From NCBI GenBank assembly GCA_963666285.1, contig OY762711.1: a stretch of 64,000 bases of DNA; one strand, given 5' to 3'. This document shows positions 40,252 through 50,242 of the stretch, piece after piece. Position numbers and translations under genes: made by a program. This stretch comes from Sedimentisphaerales bacterium (lineage in GTDB: Bacteria > Planctomycetota > Phycisphaerae > Sedimentisphaerales > SM23-30). The first letter of the stretch is position 1; each line of letters starts with the position of its first letter. Below the pieces are notes generated by a model. The model was not told the DNA's origin. It saw only the letters and a program-made list of their open reading frames with translations, and did no database searches.

Positions 40252-40290
40252 AGCAGGTGGCATCTATAGTGCCATCTGCTTTTTGTTTTT
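40252..40290 (+). terminator. Intrinsic terminator
   Basis: AGCAGGTGGCA-TCTATAG-TGCCATCTGCT followed by a T-rich tail. Confidence 0.75.
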
Positions 40291-40605
40291 AACGGTTTCA
40301 TTGTTAGGTGGCTCAAATCCTTTATAATAATATTGATAGGGCTTGGGCCTTCCAGATATCGGATGGGATTTTTTGGCCTTTCTTTAAGATTTTTTAGTTG
40401 CAAATATTACGATACTATAATAAACTGACTATCCTGAGCACTGTATATGGTGATACTGCCAATGTACCCGCCAAAAAGCAGGTTGTGTCCTTTTTTTTAG
40501 ACCAACGCCCACCGCAGTATAACATGAATATTATTAAGCTGTTATGAGGTGCAAGTTAAGTAAATCCTTGTAGTCAAATAATTTGCTACACAAGCGGAGA
40601 ATAAT

Positions 40606-43600
40606 ATGAAGCCAAAATCCTCTTTTTCAACTCTGCAGACAGGACTTTTTTCGGTTCTGGCTGTTATGGTACTTTCATTTTCTGTTCTTACACCGCCGGT
40701 ATTTGCGGACCAGAAGGAGCAAACGCTCCAGAAAATGGCCCAGGAAAAACTCGATGTTGTGTCGGAACTGGTTAGTCGCCATCTTTATGATGCAGCTTTG
40801 GCTACCATAAAGAGCATTGATACTTCCGAGGATATTGTTCTTAATGAAAAGCAGGCTAAAACACTTGAGGATTATAGAACTGAATCTACCGATGGTGTTG
40901 AGGTTCAACGCTTGATCGTTAAACAGTTTGAAGATATGGAATCGCTTTTCTCAAACGACGATTATGCTGCTATTAAAGATGTTATTGCTTCACTTAAAGA
41001 AAATTCAGGCTACATGACAGATGATATGCTTGCTGGCTTCAAACAAAAGCTTTCTTCTTTTGCTGACCTGGAAAAGACTCTTAAGGGAAGATTAAAGAAA
41101 CAGTTCTCTCAAAGCAAAAAATACTATCAGGAAGGTGACTATACTAATGCTCGCATTGGTTTCGAAGCTATTTGTGATAGCGGTGTTGAGTTGTCTTTCT
41201 TTGACCGGGGCGGAGATTTCGCTACTTCTGAAACTTATCTTATTAAAATCGGTGAAAAAGAAGCGGCTGCTTCCGGTGAAATTGTCGCTGATGAACTTGA
41301 TACTGAACCGGTAGTCGCTGACGCTGGGTCTGTGGTTGAACCTGCTGAAGTGGAAAAAGAACAGGTTCAGATTAACCAGCAGGAAGAAAAGAAGATTCTT
41401 GACAGGGCAAAGACTTCAGAATCTCTTAATGTTGCCCAGGAAGAACCTAAAAAATCTGGCGGGTTCCTTTTCTTCGGTAAGAAATCTGGCGATAAACTAA
41501 GCGAAGAAGAAGCTAAGGAAGTTCAGAAACTTATCGCTTATGGCGATCTTTATCTTACCAAGAAAAAATATAACCAGGCCGAACAATACTTTAATGAAGC
41601 TCTGGCTAAAGACCCGGATAACATTACCGCTAAGAAATTCCTGACTGTTGCTCAGTATCACATTGCTCATCCTGTCAGCCAGGCCAAAGCTAAGGAACTT
41701 AGCATTATTGATAAGCTCAAGCAAAAAGAGTCTCTTCAAAGACAGGCTGTTGTGTCTAACTGGGAAAATACTCGTAATCTGACTGCCAACCTGATTGCCG
41801 AAGAAAAATACTCACAGGCTATCAAGGAAGTTATACAGGCTATTGCGGCTATTGAAAGTAATAAAAAAGTACTCGGTGCGTCTTACGCTTCTATGAAATC
41901 TGAAGCTGAAGAATTGCGTCGGCAGGTTGAACAATATCGTAAAGAGGCAGCGGCTGTAGCTCAGGAACAAAAAATCGAAGAGGCTCGCATCAAGCAAAAA
42001 GATATTGCTGATAAGATCGAAGCTGAAAGAGCAGAAAGTATCGCGATTCTATTCAAAACCGCTAACGAATTTGCTGAAAAACGCAGGTTCCAGGCTGCTA
42101 TCGATACGATCGATCGTCTTATTACTATCGATCCTTATAATGAAGAAGCTAAATATCTGCGTAATATGTATGAACAGGCAAATCTTTGGCAGATTCAGCA
42201 TGAAACTGCACGTGAAGCTGATAGAAATGTTACCCTACAGTTAATGGATGCTGACAAAAATCTTATACCGCCTACTGAGAAGGTAGAATATCCTACACCG
42301 GAAAAATGGAGGGCTATGAAAAAACGTCTTCCTAAATCTATCTCTTCTGCTCAAACTAAAATTGATGTCACAAAGAGACTTGCCGAAGAAAGAATTCCTA
42401 TTGAATTTGATGATATCTCTTTACAGGAAGCTCTGGATGAGATCGCTGCTACTGGTCAGGTTGTTATTCTGCCTATGTGGCCTGAGCTTGATCTTGCCGG
42501 CATCACTCCTGATGACCTGGTTTCTGCCAGACCTGCAACTATGTCTATCGGCAAGGCGCTTAATTTCGTTCTTAACTATGTCTCTGGTGCTGGCACCATG
42601 GGCAAAGCCGGTTATGAAGTCGACGAAGAAGGCAATATCATCGTGAAAGTTGTTGGCGATGACTATGGCTATGAATTCCGTACTTACTATGTCGGTGACC
42701 TCGTACGTCCTACCCAGTCTATGGGTGGATACGGTGGTGGTATGAGTGGCGGCATGGGTGGTATGCGCGGCGGCATGGGCGGCGGTATGATGGGCGGCAT
42801 GGGCGGCATGGGCGGTATGATGGGCGGCATGGGTGGCATGGGCGGTATGATGGGCGGCATGGGTGGTATGATGGGCGGCATGGGCGGCATGGGCGGCATG
42901 CGCGGCGGCATGTACGACCAGGAACCTTTACGTCAATACAACGGCGGCTCGAAAAAGAATAAAAATGCTGAAGAATACGAAGATCAGCTTATTAAGCTTA
43001 GCTATTCTAACGGAATAAATTCTAATACACCGGACGGTATGCACTTTACTCAGTCATATGGTTCTGGCAGTGGTTCTGGTAGCTCAGGACTTGGCAGTTC
43101 TGGTGGTAGTCGTTCCAACAGCGGTATGGGCAATAGTAACAACAGCGGTATGGGCGGTGGCAGAACTTACGAAACTAACTATATGGAACTTATGATGCTG
43201 CAAATGCTCATCCAGCAGTCTGTTGAACCTTCTACATGGCGTTTTTCCATGAATAATAGATACCGTACTGGCAATCAGCAGGATGGCATGGACGAACTGG
43301 CACAGGCTCAACAGGGCTATGGTATGATCCAGCAGTTCCGTACTACATACTTTAATATTTATCAGAAACCGGATGTGCATGTTAAAATTGCTCAGTTCTT
43401 AAGCGACCTGCGATCTATGCATGGCGACCAGGTTTCTATCGAAATTAGATTGCTTACTATCAATAACAGTATCCTCGAAGATATTGGTTTTGACTTGGAT
43501 ATACTTCTGGACGCTTCAGAACATGGATGGGATCGCTGGGGTGATATCTCTATTGCTCAGCAGCATGCTGAATGGGCTAGCCCTCCTCCTGCTACTGGTA

Positions 43601-44343
43601 TTACCGGATCGCTTGGTGGCGGTGCCGTGCCTACCGCGTTTTCTTTGTCTGGTAGCTTCCTTGACAATATCCAGGTTGATTTCTTGATTAACGCTACCAA
43701 GGCAAATAGCCGTAGCAGGGTGGTAACTGCTCCTAATGTTACTGTTTTCAACGGTGAACAGGCTTACCTCAACTTCAGCCGTGAAATTGTTTACGTCTCG
43801 GAAATGGACCCTGAAGTCGGCGTTGGTGTGGTTGGTTATGATGTTGAAACTGACACCTTGAATTCTGGTATTGTTCTTAACCTGACTCCTTACATCTCTC
43901 ATGACAAACGTTATGTCCAGATGAACATTAACTTTGAACAGCAGATTCTCGATTCAATGTTTGACTTTGCTTATGTCAGTTCTGACGCTGTTGATGATTC
44001 GGATGTTGATACTGTTGATGGTACTACTATTGTTGACCAGGAAGACATGTCTGTTCGTATTCAGCTGCCTCAGACTTCCGTAACTAACATTGATACCAGG
44101 GTATCTGTTCCGGATGGCGGTACACTGCTTCTTGGCGGTCAGAAACTTGTTGGTGAGGCCGAACGTGAAAGTGGTGTTCCTGGTCTGGCTCATATTCCTA
44201 TATTGAACAGATTGTTCTCTACCAGGAATAAAACCAAGGATGAAAATATCATTCTGGTTCTTATGAAGCCTGATATTATTATCCAGAGCGAAATGGAAGA
44301 AGATAATTTTGGTTCGTTCGAGCTTGATGAAGAATCATACTAA
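40606..44343 (+). CDS. Planctomycete-type secretin (GspD/PilQ superfamily) with TPR repeats and a Gly/Met-rich insert
   Basis: QVSIEIRLL, APNVTVFNGEQA, GIVLNLTP.IS.D.RYV and T.VSVPDGGTLLLGG…GVPGL..IP.L.RLF secretin motifs; N-terminal TPRs. Confidence 0.9.
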   Translation: MKPKSSFSTLQTGLFSVLAVMVLSFSVLTPPVFADQKEQTLQKMAQEKLDVVSELVSRHLYDAALATIKSIDTSEDIVLNEKQAKTLEDYRTESTDGVEVQRLIVKQFEDMESLFSNDDYAAIKDVIASLKENSGYMTDDMLAGFKQKLSSFADLEKTLKGRLKKQFSQSKKYYQEGDYTNARIGFEAICDSGVELSFFDRGGDFATSETYLIKIGEKEAAASGEIVADELDTEPVVADAGSVVEPAEVEKEQVQINQQEEKKILDRAKTSESLNVAQEEPKKSGGFLFFGKKSGDKLSEEEAKEVQKLIAYGDLYLTKKKYNQAEQYFNEALAKDPDNITAKKFLTVAQYHIAHPVSQAKAKELSIIDKLKQKESLQRQAVVSNWENTRNLTANLIAEEKYSQAIKEVIQAIAAIESNKKVLGASYASMKSEAEELRRQVEQYRKEAAAVAQEQKIEEARIKQKDIADKIEAERAESIAILFKTANEFAEKRRFQAAIDTIDRLITIDPYNEEAKYLRNMYEQANLWQIQHETAREADRNVTLQLMDADKNLIPPTEKVEYPTPEKWRAMKKRLPKSISSAQTKIDVTKRLAEERIPIEFDDISLQEALDEIAATGQVVILPMWPELDLAGITPDDLVSARPATMSIGKALNFVLNYVSGAGTMGKAGYEVDEEGNIIVKVVGDDYGYEFRTYYVGDLVRPTQSMGGYGGGMSGGMGGMRGGMGGGMMGGMGGMGGMMGGMGGMGGMMGGMGGMMGGMGGMGGMRGGMYDQEPLRQYNGGSKKNKNAEEYEDQLIKLSYSNGINSNTPDGMHFTQSYGSGSGSGSSGLGSSGGSRSNSGMGNSNNSGMGGGRTYETNYMELMMLQMLIQQSVEPSTWRFSMNNRYRTGNQQDGMDELAQAQQGYGMIQQFRTTYFNIYQKPDVHVKIAQFLSDLRSMHGDQVSIEIRLLTINNSILEDIGFDLDILLDASEHGWDRWGDISIAQQHAEWASPPPATGITGSLGGGAVPTAFSLSGSFLDNIQVDFLINATKANSRSRVVTAPNVTVFNGEQAYLNFSREIVYVSEMDPEVGVGVVGYDVETDTLNSGIVLNLTPYISHDKRYVQMNINFEQQILDSMFDFAYVSSDAVDDSDVDTVDGTTIVDQEDMSVRIQLPQTSVTNIDTRVSVPDGGTLLLGGQKLVGEAERESGVPGLAHIPILNRLFSTRNKTKDENIILVLMKPDIIIQSEMEEDNFGSFELDEESY
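42721..42912 (+). repeat. Coding tandem repeat (GGCGGCATG)n encoding (GGM)n inside the secretin
   Basis: Seen directly; about 64 codons, mostly Gly and Met. Confidence 0.9.
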
Positions 44344-44371
44344 TCCTTCTACATAAGATAAAACTATCAAT

Positions 44372-44405
44372 AGCCGTGTCAGTTTCTTCTGATGCGGCTT
44401 TTTTT
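44372..44405 (+). terminator. Intrinsic terminator after the secretin
   Basis: AGCCGTGTCAG-TTTCTT-CTGATGCGGCT followed by a T-run. Confidence 0.8.
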
Positions 44406-44407
44406 AT

Positions 44408-44506
44408 CTGATTCCAATTGTATCGATTATGACTAATATACCAATTATATTCATTATTATGAATATAGTGATTATACCGATTATACCGATTGTATCAATT
44501 ATATTG
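44408..44506 (+). repeat. Degenerate 9-bp tandem array (11 units, consensus ATTATACCG)
   Basis: CTGATTCCA ATTGTATCG ATTATGACT AATATACCA ATTATATTC ATTATTATG AATATAGTG ATTATACCG ATTATACCG ATTGTATCA ATTATATTG. Confidence 0.75.
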
Positions 44507-44530
44507 CCCGCAGTGAAAACATCAGCGCAT

Positions 44531-44751
44531 AAAAAAAGGACACTTCTTCTTTTAGGAAAAAGTGTCCCCGAATTGTGTTCGTTTGCATTTTTTGTGTGCG
44601 AGAGACACGAGAAATCTGCAAACATGAATAGGAGGCAAATTTAACTATCGGTTCACTTGTTTATGATTGCCGATAAATTGTCTGATCAAAACCTGAAATA
44701 CACTTGTATTAAATTGCTTTTGCAAGACGTATTCATATTTTAATCGTTTAT
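44531..44751 (-). ncRNA. Candidate ~220-nt small RNA
   Basis: Sigma70 promoter TTGACA-N17-TAAGAT (44786-44758, minus strand); two internal hairpins; CCUCCU motif; terminator GGACACTT…AAGTGTCC-U7 at 44567-44531; no convincing ORF. Confidence 0.5.
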
Positions 44752-44757
44752 CATATC

Positions 44758-44786
44758 ATCTTACTAATTCTGGATTGTCTTGTCAA
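44758..44786 (-). promoter_or_regulatory. Sigma70-type promoter
   Basis: TTGACA, 17-bp spacer, TAAGAT on the minus strand. Confidence 0.6.
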
Positions 44787-45249
44787 TATTTTATACATAA
44801 AAACATTAAAATTGGCAGGATACGGCAATAAATCACATTATATAATTTTTTACTGGTTTTTTATTATTTTTGCAGTAAAATGCTCATATTCAATCAAGAT
44901 TACCATTTTCAGAAAATTATTAAGATTTCTTTTGTAAATTATAGGTTTAATTTGATATATTATAATTGAAAATAATAACTTAAGAAATTTTAAGGAACTA
45001 AACCTTTGCTTTTGGCCCTGCTTGTCCGTTTTGGACGGTAGGGCTTTTATTTTATCTGCAAAGTGCTTACTGTTTACAAATCAACAACTTATATTACCCA
45101 AAAATGGTTATCATTAAGACTTGATATTCCTTATCTTAAACTATTTTCCCGTTTTGCCGCTGGTTGGTAGCTGCCCGATTTCATCCTCCCTTTTTACTTA
45201 AATTGCACCCCAATATCCTGCTCACACCGCCGCGATCTGCAATCTAACG

Positions 45250-46140
45250 CTAATTGTGCACCGCATTTCTTTCACTTTCACGCTGCATCGCGATCTTCAA
45301 TATCGATGTCAGGGTATCGATATCCTGGGCGGCTGTTTCTATGTTTACGGCAGGTTTATTCGCAATCAATACGCCGTAAATTGTATCCTCACTATAGATT
45401 GGTATCGTGCAGATATCATCTGTAACGATAACTCTCTTTTCGTTTATTGCCTTATCCATATTCTGTCGGCATTCTACCTGCAGGTCGCATTCTGATGGCA
45501 TGCAGTCTCCGTACATCTTATCGTTTATTATCGACTGAATTGATACTTTAGACGTCTGCAATACTGTACTGAACATAGGGATTATCTTCTTCATATATTC
45601 TTCTTCAGATGGATTATCCAGCAGCAGCATCAGCAGTTCAATTTTCTTCTCCTTCATTCGAACATGAGCTTCTACTTTTTTCTCCAGCATACTGTTCCAC
45701 TGGCTCAGCTGACGATTCTTCTGCTCCAGTTCAAGTACCAGCAGTTGCTTCTCACGTTTTACCTCATAATGCTCCAATGCGTTATTAATCGCCATCAGCA
45801 GATCATCCTGGCTCCATGGCTTTGTCATATAACGCCATACGTGGCCGCCATTGATCGCGTCCATAACCAGGTCCAGCTCGGCATAACCGCTCAATATCAT
45901 CTTCACCGACAACGGAGAAACGTCGTTTGCCTTGCCCAGAAACTTTATCCCATCCATTCCGGGCATCTTTACATCTGATAATATTAACGCTATATCTTCG
46001 TTTTCGGCAAGTACTTCCAAACCCTCTTCGCCGCTATCAGCCATCAGCACGTTAAAATCACGTCGCAAACAGCGATATAATGAATTAAGGATACACTCTT
46101 CGTCGTCAACTATCAGAATCTTATACATTGTATTCCTCAT
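45250..46140 (-). CDS. Response regulator (REC + coiled coil + degenerate GAF-like C-terminus); probable start at 46128
   Basis: ILIVDDE, LSDVKMPGMDG, ILSGYA and RYMTKPW motifs. Confidence 0.88.
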   Translation of the reverse strand: MRNTMYKILIVDDEECILNSLYRCLRRDFNVLMADSGEEGLEVLAENEDIALILSDVKMPGMDGIKFLGKANDVSPLSVKMILSGYAELDLVMDAINGGHVWRYMTKPWSQDDLLMAINNALEHYEVKREKQLLVLELEQKNRQLSQWNSMLEKKVEAHVRMKEKKIELLMLLLDNPSEEEYMKKIIPMFSTVLQTSKVSIQSIINDKMYGDCMPSECDLQVECRQNMDKAINEKRVIVTDDICTIPIYSEDTIYGVLIANKPAVNIETAAQDIDTLTSILKIAMQRESERNAVHN

Positions 46141-46706
46141 TAAACTTTTCTTGTTATCAGACGTTTATTTTCTCAGCTTTTATCTCTTCCAAAATCGCTC
46201 ATTTCTCTATACAATACTCTTTTGCCTTTTTTCTGGCCATTTACGCAGATAAACATCTTTTTATTGGACCTCATCGTACGTTCCCACTTTCTGTAATCCG
46301 TATAATATCACGTTTTATATCGGTCGAAAACACCTACCGGTTAACCTGTAGTCTAATCCCGGCTCATATTCATTTATTTCTTGTACCGGCCATTTCCACT
46401 AAGTAAAATAGAGTCTGCGGTTTACGGATATTGCCAGACCTTCTCGGCCGGGTTATCACTTTTTCAAAACTTGATCTTGTTCGTGCATCGCACTATCGCC
46501 TGCACAAATAATAGAAAGGAATATGGCTTGCTTATAAACCGACAATTGTATTTAGCCTTTATTTGCAAAGGATACGTTGACCGGGCATCCCTGCTTGACT
46601 ATCATAATCATCTAGCCGTCTGGCGATAAGATACAATCTGGATTTATCAAATGAATAAAATATCAAATACTATTGACAACAGCTCCAAAACAGCAAGGAG
46701 ACAATT

Positions 46707-47912
46707 ATGATTGAAAACCGCTTGCCAACCGGCAACGAGGTATTAAGGCATCTGGCCTTTGCTTTTTTGCTTTTTACCATGATAGGTTTTGGTTTGGGGT
46801 ATTCATTGCAAAAAGATACCTTACTTGTCAAAACAACTGTTGATAGTTCCACTTTAAAGGGCATCGGTAATGCGCTTTCCCAATATGCCGATAGTCATAG
46901 CGGGTTACTGCCGTCCGGCGAAAATTGGATTGACCAGTTAATCCAAACTCAGGATATCTATCCAAAATCATTCGCTCCGGCTCTTTCAGACTGTATCGAA
47001 GGTGAATCTGACATTGCCCTTAATCGTGTTGCCGCCGGAAAAAAACTTGACGATCTGCCAGAAGATCTTGTACTGGCCTTTCAGATTCAATATTCAGAAC
47101 CGGATACTCCTCGCAATTTCCCTTTTGCCGAGCGTTTGGCAGAATATGACAAATATAAAGATGTTTCTCCTGAAAGAATAAAAGATATTTTCGTCTATAA
47201 AGACCGATGGAACATAACCTCCGGCCCGGAAAATATCAAAATTCATGACTTCAATAAGGGGGCATTAGTTCTCTTTGCTGACGGCAACGTTCGCTGTTTA
47301 CCGTATGATAAACTTGGCTCTTTACGCTGGGACTTGGAAAATTCCGATTATTCAGAATTCTTTAGCCAGATAGTAGAAAACTATAAAGTGATTCCCGATC
47401 AATTCAGACAGTGTGCTCACCGCATAATACCTGTCATGTATACCATATTGTTTTTATCAGCAGCGGTCGTTCTAAAAATGAGGCTAATACCTAAAATATA
47501 TTTCAGTCCGGTAGCTGTATTTTGTCTCACTGCCGCTTTTTTTGCATTGGTTATGGGCTGGGCTTCCGAATGGTTCCATGACAATAGCTGCCACTATCAC
47601 GCCGGTCCTGTTTTCGGCCTGCCGGTTGGCCTTTGGGCGGCTCTATGCTTTGCCGCTTTCATCCTCAATCTTCCCGAATCAAAACGAAAGTATATAAACG
47701 TCTACGGCATCTTCCTCGGCATTACCTGCTCTTCTATCATTCATGCCTCACTTGCCTATTCTCTTAACAGCGGTTTTGATACTATAATTGCTGGTATCCC
47801 CTTCGGCATCGCCGCCGGCTACTTACTGGCATGGCTCTTCGCCGCTCTAATAAACTCAAAGATCAAGCAAATCCAGCTGACAAATGAACTCCAAAATGAC
47901 GAACCGGCATAA
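46707..47912 (+). CDS. Membrane protein with an H-X9-DG/DUF1559-like segment and five C-terminal TM helices
   Basis: AAGGAG SD; L..IG.AL.QYA….G.LP…W and IHDFNKGALVLFADGNV motifs; hydrophobic C-terminus. Confidence 0.65.
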   Translation: MIENRLPTGNEVLRHLAFAFLLFTMIGFGLGYSLQKDTLLVKTTVDSSTLKGIGNALSQYADSHSGLLPSGENWIDQLIQTQDIYPKSFAPALSDCIEGESDIALNRVAAGKKLDDLPEDLVLAFQIQYSEPDTPRNFPFAERLAEYDKYKDVSPERIKDIFVYKDRWNITSGPENIKIHDFNKGALVLFADGNVRCLPYDKLGSLRWDLENSDYSEFFSQIVENYKVIPDQFRQCAHRIIPVMYTILFLSAAVVLKMRLIPKIYFSPVAVFCLTAAFFALVMGWASEWFHDNSCHYHAGPVFGLPVGLWAALCFAAFILNLPESKRKYINVYGIFLGITCSSIIHASLAYSLNSGFDTIIAGIPFGIAAGYLLAWLFAALINSKIKQIQLTNELQNDEPA

Positions 47913-47934
47913 TATTTACAATCCACTCAAAGTC

Positions 47935-48465
47935 ACCAATTTTACACTTTGCTTTCCTGTAGCAAATTACGGTACAATCTGTAACATAAATAATATAAAT
48001 TTGGCTGCTGCCTGACTTGAGTTTATCGAAGAGCCGCGGCATTCCTTCCCGCAACAAAAAAGGTCAAATAATATTCTTTGCGAGCTTTGCGGCCTCTGCG
48101 AGAGACAAAAATACAAAACACATTCATCTTGCAAACCAATTTTATTAATTCTTAATTCTGAATTTTTAATTTCTCCCCTCCCTCCTCACTTCTCCCTCCT
48201 AACTCTCCTCATTCGTGGTTCAGCTCTTAGCTCGCCGCAGGCGATTTAAAATACGTCGCGTCAGCGAATTATTCCTGATGTCAACGTACATCAGGACCCC
48301 TCAATTTTTCATTTAGCATAGCTCGCCTCCTCAGCAATAAAATCAGTGTCCATCGGTGTGAATCCGTGGTTCACCTCTTTTATAATTAATCTGGCAAGCC
48401 TGTCCGCCGCAAAGTCCATACGTGGTAGAGCATTCTCCGCTCCCCGCGCGATTTAAATCAACCAT
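47935..48465 (+). repeat. Mosaic of short-period repeats and palindromes (left)
   Basis: 9-mers CTTTGCGAG/CTTTGCGGC/CTCTGCGAG (48076-48102), heptamers ATTCTTA/CTCCTCA, 10-mers AATCAGTGTC/CATCGGTGTG/AATCCGTGGT (48341-48370), palindromes TCGCCGCAGGCGA and TCCTGATGT…ACATCAGGA. Confidence 0.7.
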
Positions 48466-48588
48466 TGCTGGCGACACTTTAGAAAAATCTGTGGACAAGT
48501 ATTTTCGTCGTGGTATTATATCTTTCAAATAGACTATCAGTTAGTTTGAAAAATTATGTTACCGGTAATGACAATACGGGTGTGTTCC

Positions 48589-49988
48589 ATGAAGAAATAT
48601 ACAAAAAATCTGCTTCTTACTATTTTGTTTGCATTTCAGTGTGCCACTGCCTTTTCAGACGAAATCCCCGGCATCGTTCCAAATATCCCGCAGCCGGACC
48701 ACCGGAATGTTATTGTCCAGCTTTTCAACTGGAAATACAAGGATATCGAAAAGGCTATACCCGCTCTAAGGTCATACGGCTACAGCCACATCCATGTTTC
48801 ACCACCACAACGAAGCAGCGAAAGCATCGACCAATGGTACGCCAGGTACCAGCCGGTAGATTATAACGAGATATCCGGCCCGCTTGGCAACGAAAATGAG
48901 TTCAGGCAGATGAACGATACCGCTGACAAATACGATATCAAAATAATTGTCGATATCGTAATCAACCATATGGCCGCCGGCAATTACTTCACCCTGGACA
49001 GCCAGGGAAATATGATCGATGAAAAATACCCAGACTTCTCTCCCCGGGATTTTCATCCGTACCTGCCGTTACGTAACTGGAACGATACTAACGAACTTGT
49101 TAACGGCTGGATATTCGAAGGCGGCCTGCCCGACCTCGACACTTCAAGCCCGGGCGTTAGAAAGAAACTTAACCGGTACCTCATGAACCTTATCGCGATG
49201 GGTAGCGACGGTTTCAGGATCGATGCGGCAATACACATCAGCCCGGACGATCTAGCTGCAATTTTGCATGGCATCCCTGCAGACCTTCTTGTCTTCTGCG
49301 AAATTGCCAACAAAGACCCCGCGATTATGAAGCGATATTACGATAAGATGCCTCAGCTGGATTTTTACGACTTCACTCTTCTCAATACCATGAATCATGC
49401 CTTCGCTCCCGGCGGCGATCTGAGAGCCCTTATCAACCCGGCCGCAAATTCCAAAGCTCTGCCCGGCACAAAAGCTGTAACTTTCGTTACCAACCACGAT
49501 ATCGACCGGGGCGCTGCTAACCCGCAAGTGGGCATTAGCGGCTCTGATTACAATATACCGAAAGACTCCCGCCATCTCGCCTATGCCTATATCCTCGGCA
49601 GACAACAGGGCCTGCCATATGTCTTTGTCGATATGAAAAATCCCAAACCGTCCATAGACGCCTTCCCGGACGAAACTATCGACCGACCGGAGATCCTCGC
49701 AGGCATAAGGTTCCACAACCTCTCCCTCGGCATGCCCGAACGATGGCTCGATAACGGCGACAATCCAACCGGCTGATTTGGCAGCGGGGCGACACCGGCC
49801 TGGCCGTTATCAACAAGAGCGATACCGGATTCTCGCTTAAAAAATTTGCCACCACCTTACAGCCCGGCATATACACCGAAATCCGGCATGGCTATATACT
49901 CAAAATTAACGAAACCGGAACTATCACAGACTGGCATTTCGATAGCCGGTCTGCCTGTTTCTTTGTCAAAACCGCCGACAGTAAGTAA
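48589..49988 (+). pseudogene. Secreted GH13 alpha-amylase with a single-base frameshift near 49765 (pseudogene, truncated enzyme or sequencing error)
   Basis: VIVQLFNW, WYARYQP, DIVINH, GLPDL, GFRIDAAIH and FVTNHD motifs. The frame stops at 49776, but the -1 frame continues NRLIWQRGDTGLAVINKS…LQPGIY…FFVKTADSK* (amylase domain C) to 49988. Confidence 0.8.
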
Positions 49989-50242
49989 TCTTATAAATCT
50001 ATAGATCTTAAATAACTCAACCCAAAACCACATTTGATTATCAGAGCCGCACGTGACACGAGTGGGTTATTTCTGAACATATTCTTATCGGTACTACTAT
50101 CCATCATCTTCTTGTTTTTTATGTGTCGTCTTTATCTATAATATTCATAAGGTATTACAATATATATAATTGCAATGTTTATAAAAGGAGCCGACATATG
50201 CGACACTTTTTTTCCTGTGTTTCCATAAACATATACAATGTA

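Noticed and set aside
42687..42911. Pro/Met-rich 74-aa minus-strand ORF
   Set aside because: Antisense shadow of the (GGM)n repeat in the secretin.
44404..44644. Ile-rich small ORFs on both strands (possible type I toxin)
   Set aside because: Hydrophobicity comes from the 9-bp repeat, both ORFs cross a terminator hairpin and neither has an SD. Not fully excluded.
47935..48465. CRISPR array or integron attC cassette array in the repeat-rich tracts
   Set aside because: No constant repeat with regular spacers, no cas or integrase gene, and no clear RYYYAAC…GTTRRRY attC pairs.
49774..49776. Selenocysteine or readthrough TGA in the alpha-amylase
   Set aside because: The amylase-like continuation is in the -1 frame, not the same frame.
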